Origin: a virus | Taxonomy: Duplodnaviria > Caudoviricetes | DNA length: 64,000 nt | Virus record (IMG/VR): IMGVR_UViG_3300035208_006730 | Strand: one strand, 5' to 3' | Notes under the pieces: generated by a model | Told to the model about the DNA's origin: nothing | What the model saw: the letters and a program-made list of their open reading frames with translations, nothing else | Database searches by the model: none | Part shown: positions 57,018 to 64,000 of the stretch, piece by piece | How positions within the stretch are numbered: the stretch's first letter is position 1 | Layout: the number at the start of each line of letters is the position of its first letter | Made by a program: the position numbers and the translations under genes

Positions 57018-57968
57018 ATGACTACTATCACTAACGTTCGTGAAGCAAAACAAACCCTCATTAACATGGAAGCCCTTCTGCCCATGGCTCGCAAGCCTGA
57101 GCAAGCGTGTAGGCTCGTTGAAGAGCTCAGGGTTTCGATCAATGTGGCTGAGCAAGAGGCAGCAGATGTCTTGTTGCTCAAGCGTGCAGCTAAAGATGCG
57201 GCTGCATGGGCAGCTACCATTGATGAGAGCTACCTGGGTTCTCGTCCACGTCAGCAAGTGGGTAAGAATCGTGACTTGCTCATCGGGGCTATCGAGAAGT
57301 TAGTTTCTGTTGAACGGTCCCTCCTCGTCATCACTGACGAAGAAGGGAAAGAACTCGGCAAGAGAGGCCGAGTCGAAAAGGAACTGGTAGAGACTCGCAA
57401 GGCAGCGCGTGCTGCCCTTGATAAGCTCAACAGTGGACGTGAATATATGGGACTTTCACGTCTCTCTCCCGAAGAAGTGCGCACTCTTGTGGAGCTCGAG
57501 TATGAGCGCCAAGAAAAGGAGGAAGGTCAACGGGACGACGACAGCGTCATCTCATACGTCGCCGATCAGGGAGTCGGTGTTGAACATGGGCTCAATGCCG
57601 ACTCTTTGAGAGAAGACATTGGCGACGAGATCTCAAGGTCAGAGGCTATTGCGGAGTATTCATTGTACTCCGTTGATCCTAAGTGGTCTGAAAAGGCTAC
57701 TAAACGGATCCTCGATTGCATGGATCCAAACGGTTTGGGGCGTGCAACTCGCCCCATGTCGTTCAATGGCAAGTCTCTTGTTTGGAAAAACGGTATCGCC
57801 TTTTGGATGCCGTTAACCCATTATTCAGTGAAGCAGTCGTTAGTGTGGCTTCAAGGCCACAAAGGGAATGGGCGGCTCGGCATGTTGCGTGATCCTCGAT
57901 TCACGCAGGAACATCGTCAAGTATTGATGGAGTTCGTGAGTAACTCCTGGGAACATTTCAACAGTTAA
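57018..57968 (+). CDS. Hypothetical helical protein
   Basis: 316 aa; AAGGAG RBS; no recognised motif. Confidence 0.65.
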   Translation: MTTITNVREAKQTLINMEALLPMARKPEQACRLVEELRVSINVAEQEAADVLLLKRAAKDAAAWAATIDESYLGSRPRQQVGKNRDLLIGAIEKLVSVERSLLVITDEEGKELGKRGRVEKELVETRKAARAALDKLNSGREYMGLSRLSPEEVRTLVELEYERQEKEEGQRDDDSVISYVADQGVGVEHGLNADSLREDIGDEISRSEAIAEYSLYSVDPKWSEKATKRILDCMDPNGLGRATRPMSFNGKSLVWKNGIAFWMPLTHYSVKQSLVWLQGHKGNGRLGMLRDPRFTQEHRQVLMEFVSNSWEHFNS

Positions 57969-58035
57969 CTCTTTCGTCCTGGGCATTGACGATAAAAGGC
58001 CCTGTTTCTTTAACTTATTTGCCTAGGAGATTACA

Positions 58036-58233
58036 ATGAGAAAAACTAAGAATTTATTGGATTTGGCTCGTGAAATTGGGGATTCTAACTATTTCACCAT
58101 CTTCGACGAGAAAGGAGGGGGTGAAGCTATTTATCAAACTTTCGATCTTGCATTGGAGGTTCGCGCCTCCAAAAGGATCAAGTTCAACAAGGAGTTCTAC
58201 ATTTATCATGGTCCCAAAGACATGGTGGTGTAG
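58036..58233 (+). CDS. Hypothetical protein
   Basis: 65 aa; AGGAG RBS. Confidence 0.55.
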   Translation: MRKTKNLLDLAREIGDSNYFTIFDEKGGGEAIYQTFDLALEVRASKRIKFNKEFYIYHGPKDMVV

Positions 58234-58552
58234 TCGCTCCGCCGTTCGGTCTGCTGAGGGCTCCCGCCCTCATCATCCCTCTCTCACTCCCCCGATTCTC
58301 CATCGCTTCGCTCTGGAGAATCTCGAACACCCCCAACCTGGATGACGACAACTAGTCATCGCAGACCCAGAAACGAAGGGAGGAAGGGCTGTTGCCCTTC
58401 CTTTCCCTTCGTTTCGTTTTAGCTCTCGCTGCTTCGCAGCTTTCGCAAAAACAGTGCCAGGAGACAACAGGTTGCTTTCTCCTAATTTCTGCCCTGGCAC
58501 TTTCCCTCAATAATACTCGGAAATAGTTGAGTATTTCAGTATTAAAGAGGGT
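58234..58552. other. Highly structured non-coding element
   Basis: At least seven inverted repeats, including a closing helix ggtctgc/gcagacc around three hairpins and a ~20-bp hairpin at 58370-58415. Confidence 0.7.
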
Positions 58553-58597
58553 TTTGTGTTAACAATTTCGATTGCTCGAAAGAGCAGGGAGAATACA

Positions 58598-58888
58598 ATG
58601 CTTTACAGATCAGTGATAGCTCGGAACGAGGGATTCAGCACTATTAACGGTAATTATTCCTGCTCATGCTGCGAGGAAGATTCTGGCGTAGAGGCAGGTC
58701 AGGGCTGCCTCTGGGTGCTATGTCCTATTTGTAATGATAAAGGGATTCACTGTGAATCACAAAGAAATGGCAATGTAGCTGTGTGTGACAAAGAGCTTTC
58801 CGATTGGCTTTATGAAAATGATATTCAATTGGCGGATTTCGATCCGCGTGAGCATCGGGAACTCTTCGAAATCGAGGTTCAGAAATGA
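58598..58888 (+). CDS. Small Cys-rich (zinc-binding) protein
   Basis: CSCC..CPIC; GGGAG RBS before ATG 58598. Confidence 0.55.
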   Translation: MLYRSVIARNEGFSTINGNYSCSCCEEDSGVEAGQGCLWVLCPICNDKGIHCESQRNGNVAVCDKELSDWLYENDIQLADFDPREHRELFEIEVQK

Positions 58889-59059
58889 AGACTTTTATTT
58901 GTTCTTTGAATGGGGAGGGATATTGTTTCTATTTAAAGGGGAAAGTTCTTTTCTTTTCTCCTGTGGCAGTAGGGGGTAAGGAATATGCCGCCGAAAAAGC
59001 CGCCCCACACCTCCAACCATTGGTATTGAAAGCTCTTAACGTATTGAAAGGGGAATAAC

Positions 59060-59386
59060 ATGAACAAACATCTAAAGAGATACTTTCGTTGTCTCGGTCT
59101 TGAAGTCGGAGCAGCAGTTATTGCTCCTATTAGTTATCCTCTCGTCCAAGCTTATTCTTTTCGCTGTATGGCGAAAGATCTTGGAAATTCTCAAAAAGTG
59201 CAAAACATCTGTGAAGTCGTTGGGATGGTATCAGGAGCTCTATTCATCCCGTTCGCAGGTGTAAACCTTCTTGTTTCTCCTGTGTGGTGCGCGGTAAAAG
59301 TGGGAATAGCCGCAGTAAATGACAAAATTCCCAAAACTCTGCGCCAAACATCCAACGAAATAACAAACTTCATAATGGAAGAATAA
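59060..59386 (+). CDS. Putative membrane protein
   Basis: 108 aa with hydrophobic segments. Confidence 0.5.
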   Translation: MNKHLKRYFRCLGLEVGAAVIAPISYPLVQAYSFRCMAKDLGNSQKVQNICEVVGMVSGALFIPFAGVNLLVSPVWCAVKVGIAAVNDKIPKTLRQTSNEITNFIMEE

Positions 59387-59439
59387 CTTCAACTAGGGAC
59401 TCTACATCCCTTTTCGAAATTATTTGAAAGGATTAAAAA

Positions 59440-60045
59440 ATGAAATACCTCTACCTTCTCTTCCTCCTTGCAATTACATCTTTCTTAATCGGATGTTCTC
59501 CCGTTGCTACAGTATGGAACGCTACGAATTTGGTGAACGCGCCGAAGAATGTCACGTTCTACGGCCTTGACTTCCAAACCACTGGCTTCGATGATCGTCA
59601 TTTCTCCGTCGAGAAAATCGAACAATGCATGCCTCGATGGATGAAGAGTAGTGTCAAGAGGGTGGAAAACGAGTTCAACTTCGGTATTAGGGTCAACCTC
59701 ACTCGAGGAGTAATCAGGGTCGACCAAGAACAACTCTACTTTGAAGTGAGGGAAGAAGAGACACTCAGTAGAGAAAAACTTCGCGCCATAACCTCCCAAT
59801 ACATACACCCAGGAGAAGAGGGATTCGGTTACGTTATTCATATATCTTATATGACAAAGAATAAAGGAGTCTTGGGATATGGAATCCTATTCTCAAGAGA
59901 CACAGGTGAGATAATCGTAACTGCTGGAGAGATCTTCGAAGGTGACGGTCATTCACTCTATAGCTTCTATAATGATCCCTTGGAGAAAATATCCAAGAAA
60001 GTTACAAGAAGTATCGCCGTTCTATTCAATCCTCCCTCAGAATAG
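59440..60045 (+). CDS. Lipoprotein
   Basis: Signal peptide MKYLYLLFLLAITSF followed by LIGC lipobox. Confidence 0.7.
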   Translation: MKYLYLLFLLAITSFLIGCSPVATVWNATNLVNAPKNVTFYGLDFQTTGFDDRHFSVEKIEQCMPRWMKSSVKRVENEFNFGIRVNLTRGVIRVDQEQLYFEVREEETLSREKLRAITSQYIHPGEEGFGYVIHISYMTKNKGVLGYGILFSRDTGEIIVTAGEIFEGDGHSLYSFYNDPLEKISKKVTRSIAVLFNPPSE

Positions 60046-60095
60046 CCCTGTCACCAGCGTAGTTTTATATAACGTCTTAAATTCAGAGAGAAACA

Positions 60096-60641
60096 ATGCA
60101 AAGGCACACCAGTCCCAAACAAATCCCATGCTCAAGATGCGGAAAACTAACTTACATTCAAACGTGTCAAGATTGTAAAAAGATAATCAAAAAAGAAGAA
60201 CGACAACTTAAATTAACGAAAAAGAAATTTCTTCAGATTATGAAGAGAAGGATAAAACAACTTTCCCAAACCAACCCAAAAACCAAGCGCACTCCAAAAC
60301 TAACAAAATATAATTACATTAAACTTACATCTTTATCTCAAGATGAAAGGGAATTATTTAGTTGTATGTTCAGAAACGGCCAAATACCAGAGCACCGTCT
60401 TGTCTTGGCAAAATTCTTAAAACGACCTCTCTTAAAAAACGAAATCGTTCATCACATCAACGGAAATAAAAAAGATAACAGAATTGAAAACCTTCTGCTC
60501 TGTAGAGATTCGACAGAACATCTCTTCATTCATTTGAATAAAGGAGAGCTCGTTCAAAAACTCCTAAGTAGGATTTCATATCTCGAATCTCTTCTTCAAG
60601 AAAATAACATTGAAATAGCCGCTTTCAACCCCAACCTCTAG
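60096..60641 (+). CDS. HNH homing endonuclease
   Basis: EHRLVLAKFLKRPL..EIVHHINGNKKDNRIENL..EH; N-terminal CxxC..CxxC. Confidence 0.85.
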   Translation: MQRHTSPKQIPCSRCGKLTYIQTCQDCKKIIKKEERQLKLTKKKFLQIMKRRIKQLSQTNPKTKRTPKLTKYNYIKLTSLSQDERELFSCMFRNGQIPEHRLVLAKFLKRPLLKNEIVHHINGNKKDNRIENLLLCRDSTEHLFIHLNKGELVQKLLSRISYLESLLQENNIEIAAFNPNL

Positions 60642-60993
60642 TGCCACTAAGCAAACCAAAAATGCGGTTTGGTCTCCAGCCAGAGACACCTTGGTGGCCG
60701 AAACCTCCCAAAAACTCCCTAGTGCTAAAATTTAAACGCGCTACCCACCATAAATAGAGGACAAAAATGAACTGGAATGAAATATTCCTTGGCTTCCAAT
60801 TGATGACAGACCTTAAAACAGATGTATACAAACCCGAAGATCCAAATTCAGAAGATCCTTGGACCCCTCCTGAAGAATAGCAAGAAATGGAGGAAATTTC
60901 AATTAATTAACAGTGACTAATGCCTTCCTATTCCCCAGGAGAAAATAATCGTTTTTTTAGGCCCAAAACCCCCTCTAATCGAAGGATCTAAAA

Positions 60994-61269
60994 ATGAACA
61001 TTGTTCAAAAAACAGATTATCTAGAGATCCTGGATAACAAATTAGAAGTCTTTGCCTATCTAGATAGACTAACTATGGAACTTCACCTCAGAGAGAAGGA
61101 GATAGACCAACTCTCCTTACTCGGAATGCATCCTGAACGACTAATGATCAAGTCAGAAAACGACTTTATTCTCTTGATGCTAAACATTCAGGAGGCTTTA
61201 AATGGCCTCCCAATAACATTCGAACAACCTACAAAACTTCTGTTCTATCATCAGGAGAGAAAGGAATAA
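60994..61269 (+). CDS. Hypothetical protein
   Basis: 91 aa; AAGGA RBS. Confidence 0.5.
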   Translation: MNIVQKTDYLEILDNKLEVFAYLDRLTMELHLREKEIDQLSLLGMHPERLMIKSENDFILLMLNIQEALNGLPITFEQPTKLLFYHQERKE

Positions 61270-61585
61270 TCTGTCCCAGTTAGGAGACAGAAATGTTTGA
61301 GAGAAAAGAGGACAATAAGTAGAATGGAGTTGATTTGACGGGTTATTTAATGACAGGAAGATACCATTCTTTACCTGTTAATTCTTCCTCCTCCTCTCCT
61401 CTCTCTTTCTATCTCTTCTATTTATCTCTTTACTATCTTTGAAGAATACATTGAAAAGGGTATCAGGGTTTAACGTCTATAATTGCTCTTTTTGATCTAT
61501 TAGAGGAAAGAAAAGAGATTTCAATGGTTTATCTAAAGCTCTATTAAAGAGTTATTTTTGTTGAGAATTCTTCCATTTTTGGATC

Positions 61586-61885
61586 TTGGAGAATGGGCCG
61601 CGAAAAAATCTTTTAATTACCCACTCTTGGGTAGAAAGAATTCCAATGCCAATAACACTGCTAGATGTAGTCAAAGAATTCGTCAGCGAAACCTCTATCG
61701 ATTTGGTCAATTTCGATCTCCTTCATAAACACCTAGCACTCAACATTCTTCCAGACACCGAAGATACCTACACAATTCGTTTCACAGTCATCGACAAAAT
61801 CAACGACACACTTCAAAACTTCGAAAAACTCTCGGAAGCAGTTGAAGCTTTTGAAAACCTCCACACAACAAGGAGTATCAAATGA
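61586..61885 (+). CDS. Hypothetical protein (start uncertain)
   Basis: ORF coupled to the next gene by an ATGA overlap. Confidence 0.45.
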   Translation: MENGPRKNLLITHSWVERIPMPITLLDVVKEFVSETSIDLVNFDLLHKHLALNILPDTEDTYTIRFTVIDKINDTLQNFEKLSEAVEAFENLHTTRSIK

Positions 61886-62100
61886 AACGCCTAATCGAAG
61901 AATGCCCTTTCCTTTCCTCGTTCACCTTCTTGGATGAAAATTACTACGTCCTTCCGATGACAAAAGGGCAGAAAGATGCGATAAAAAGATCTGAAGTAAA
62001 AGTCGCATCACTCGACTCGGGAAAAGAAATGTCCATTCCGTTCGGAACGATGGTAACATCCCACTTCAACACTCCATGGGAAGAGATGAATCTCAAATGA
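61882..62100 (+). CDS. Hypothetical protein
   Basis: 72 aa; AAGGAG RBS. Confidence 0.55.
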   Translation: MKRLIEECPFLSSFTFLDENYYVLPMTKGQKDAIKRSEVKVASLDSGKEMSIPFGTMVTSHFNTPWEEMNLK

Positions 62101-62447
62101 TCAAAATCAAAAATCTCCGAAACTCTAAGCCTTCAGAACCTTGGGATGTCAAAGTCGACAGATCATCTATTCTTGGCAATCCATACCTAATGCTCAATGA
62201 GAGTGAAAGAGAATCAGTCTGTGCTAAATATGAAAAATGGTTCCTAGACATAGTTACAAGTGAAACTACAAACGAAAAAAGGAAGGAATTCAAAGCAGAA
62301 CTTCAACGGCTCCGAACGATCTACAAAAAATATGGCAAATTGAATCTATTCTGCTGGTGTGCGCCGAAAAAATGCCATGCAGAAACAATTCGTCAATGGG
62401 TAAATGGTAGCAGTTGCAACAACTCTTCTCGAACAGAAAGGAACTAA
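62097..62447 (+). CDS. DUF4326 family protein
   Basis: VDRSSILGNPY..LFCWCAPKKCHAETI. Confidence 0.85.
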   Translation: MIKIKNLRNSKPSEPWDVKVDRSSILGNPYLMLNESERESVCAKYEKWFLDIVTSETTNEKRKEFKAELQRLRTIYKKYGKLNLFCWCAPKKCHAETIRQWVNGSSCNNSSRTERN

Positions 62448-62448
62448 A

Positions 62449-62640
62449 ATGAAATACATCCCATTCATCCTTATCGCTGGTTGGATCATCCTTGCCCTTC
62501 TCACAATGGAAACTGGCAACGCAGTAATGTTCATCGACTCAGAAGGAAACTCCTGTTCCTGTCTTTATGAACAAGAACTTGTGCCATGCAAAGACCAATC
62601 AGAAATCGACTACGTTTATATCGAACAAAATCACTGCTAG
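62449..62640 (+). CDS. Small membrane/secreted protein
   Basis: N-terminal hydrophobic helix, four Cys. Confidence 0.5.
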   Translation: MKYIPFILIAGWIILALLTMETGNAVMFIDSEGNSCSCLYEQELVPCKDQSEIDYVYIEQNHC

Positions 62641-62649
62641 GAGAAACCA

Positions 62650-62814
62650 ATGGAAATCTACATTGTATTTGAAGTTTCCCAGTACGACACCGGTACAGAA
62701 ATCCACGGAGCGTTTATTTCCCTTGCATCAGCGGAAAAGAAGCGGAATGAAATTAAAGATGGTCTTCTAAACAACAACGACGTTCAGATTTGGCCCATCC
62801 AATTAGAGGAATAA
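62650..62814 (+). CDS. Small hypothetical phage protein (54 aa)
   Basis: Not in the ORF track; AGGAG RBS; MEIYIVFEV..EIHGAFISLASAEK. Confidence 0.6.
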   Translation: MEIYIVFEVSQYDTGTEIHGAFISLASAEKKRNEIKDGLLNNNDVQIWPIQLEE

Positions 62815-62815
62815 A

Positions 62816-63319
62816 ATGATCATCATGCTCACTGGTCACCGACCAGAAAAATTAGGAGGCTACAAACCAAACCCAATTCAAAACTGGGTAATTGAACAAC
62901 TCGACGCCCTCCTCAAAAGAGCCCTCCATTCAGATCCAAAAGTCGAAGTTATCTCAGGTATGGCTCTCGGCGCAGATCAATGGTGGGCAACTTGTGCAAT
63001 CCGTCAAGGTATCCCTGTCCACGCGTTTATTCCATTCGAAGGCTATTACTTGAAATGGCCAGAAACTTCCATGGAAACCTACAAACAGATCCTTTCTCAA
63101 TGCGTTGAAGTCAAAATCTGCTGTCCTCCTGGATACCAAGCAGAAAAAATGCAAATCCGTAATGAATTGATGGTCATGGCAGCTACTCATCATGTAGCAA
63201 TTTGGGATGGATCTTCTGGAGGAACGGCAAACGCAGTCAAATACATTAAACAACAAGGTCTGAAATACTACCGAATCAATCCCATCACCAAAACTCAAGG
63301 ATGGATCGATCAAAAATGA
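62816..63319 (+). CDS. YspA/DUF1273-like SLOG family protein
   Basis: TGHRP..ISGMALGADQW..RNELMV..WDGSSGGTANAV. Confidence 0.88.
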   Translation: MIIMLTGHRPEKLGGYKPNPIQNWVIEQLDALLKRALHSDPKVEVISGMALGADQWWATCAIRQGIPVHAFIPFEGYYLKWPETSMETYKQILSQCVEVKICCPPGYQAEKMQIRNELMVMAATHHVAIWDGSSGGTANAVKYIKQQGLKYYRINPITKTQGWIDQK

Positions 63320-63804
63320 AAACTATCATCTTCTCTCTTCTTCTTTCAGCTTGTTCTCCTTGTAATCTCCAGTCAGGTATCTGCATTCCAGAAGTAGATG
63401 AGGAGATGGTGGATTTCGAAGTTCAGTATTTAAGTTCTGTTTTTGATATTAATCTCTCTGATCTCCTGGAGAATGAAGGTGTTGAATTGGTTGTGGTTGG
63501 CGCGCCAGTAAAAGCAAATAAGTGGAACGCTGGCGGCGTCTACCACAAAGATGAACAAGTTATCATTATCCTCCACAGAGACGATCCCTTGAATCAGACT
63601 CCATGTACCACTTTTTGGGGTACTTTTGGACATGAATTGATTCATTTCGTCTCGATGAATGTCCTAGGCCAAACCTCAGAACAAAACGTTTCTCACGCCA
63701 TTCCAAGTCTGTTCTGGGGGTATCCAGAATCAGCATCTTGGACAGTTCAGGGAAACATGCAAAGAGCCACTAGGATTCAATGTGGCGAAGGAGATGAAGA
63801 ATGA
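63316..63804 (+). CDS. Lipoprotein with HExxH metallopeptidase motif
   Basis: MKTIIFSLLLSAC lipobox; GGVYH..TFGHELIHF. Confidence 0.7.
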   Translation: MKTIIFSLLLSACSPCNLQSGICIPEVDEEMVDFEVQYLSSVFDINLSDLLENEGVELVVVGAPVKANKWNAGGVYHKDEQVIIILHRDDPLNQTPCTTFWGTFGHELIHFVSMNVLGQTSEQNVSHAIPSLFWGYPESASWTVQGNMQRATRIQCGEGDEE

Positions 63805-64000
63805 TCCAAGAAATAATCAATCAATGGGAAGCAAACAAACATAAACTTTGTCACTACTTCACCAAAAATCATCCAGGAAGCTACGAAGAAATCGTTAAAA
63901 AAATCTTCGAACTCGTTATCGTTGGTTATGACGCCAAAAAAATCACAAAAATTGACGACGGCGATTACCAAGGAACTCAAATCTTCCTTATTCCCAAAGA
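63801..64000 (+). CDS. Hypothetical phage protein (runs off the window)
   Basis: MIQEIINQWEANK..IDDGDYQGTQIFLIP; AAGGAG RBS. Confidence 0.6.
   Translation, partial: MIQEIINQWEANKHKLCHYFTKNHPGSYEEIVKKIFELVIVGYDAKKITKIDDGDYQGTQIFLIPK

Noticed and set aside
58070-58500. ORFs 58070-58345 (+) and 58273-58500 (-)
   Set aside because: They overlap a better-supported gene and the GC-rich hairpin cluster and have low-complexity translations
61380-61440. Polypyrimidine tract as a repeat or regulatory element
   Set aside because: No defined period or partner sequence; nothing beyond low complexity can be supported
1-64000. CRISPR array, tRNAs, reverse transcriptase/DGR, or stop-codon recoding
   Set aside because: No repeat-spacer array, cloverleaf with tRNA boxes or RT motif was seen by eye; long genes read through in code 11 and end in TAA, TAG and TGA

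Overview
This window is part of a large contractile-tailed (myovirus-like) dsDNA bacteriophage in the standard genetic code. Positions 1-52947 form one minus-strand morphogenesis region. In transcription order it runs: putative small terminase; a 1151-aa exonuclease/nuclease/kinase fusion with four glycine-zipper proteins; large terminase (2 inteins); portal-MuF fusion (1 intein); prohead protease/scaffold, decoration and major capsid; Ig-like and fibre proteins; neck, sheath and several tube paralogs; chaperone; tape-measure-position protein (2 inteins); a 1445-aa protein carrying both catalytic barrels of a multisubunit-type RNA polymerase; a hub/M23 protein; and baseplate genes. A solo TnpB element (~52953-54192) appears to have inserted into the Shine-Dalgarno of the first gene of this region. 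From ~54450 the genes switch to the plus strand: three RHH regulators, an antirepressor, small early-type genes, lipoproteins, HNH, DUF4326 and SLOG proteins, and a strongly folded ~320-nt non-coding element. The main candidates for new biology are a virion-delivered payload (single-chain two-barrel RNA polymerase plus a tri-enzyme effector with glycine-zipper partners) and DNA hairpins that could be its cis-acting sites. All assignments come from reading motifs by eye and from gene order; no searches were run.
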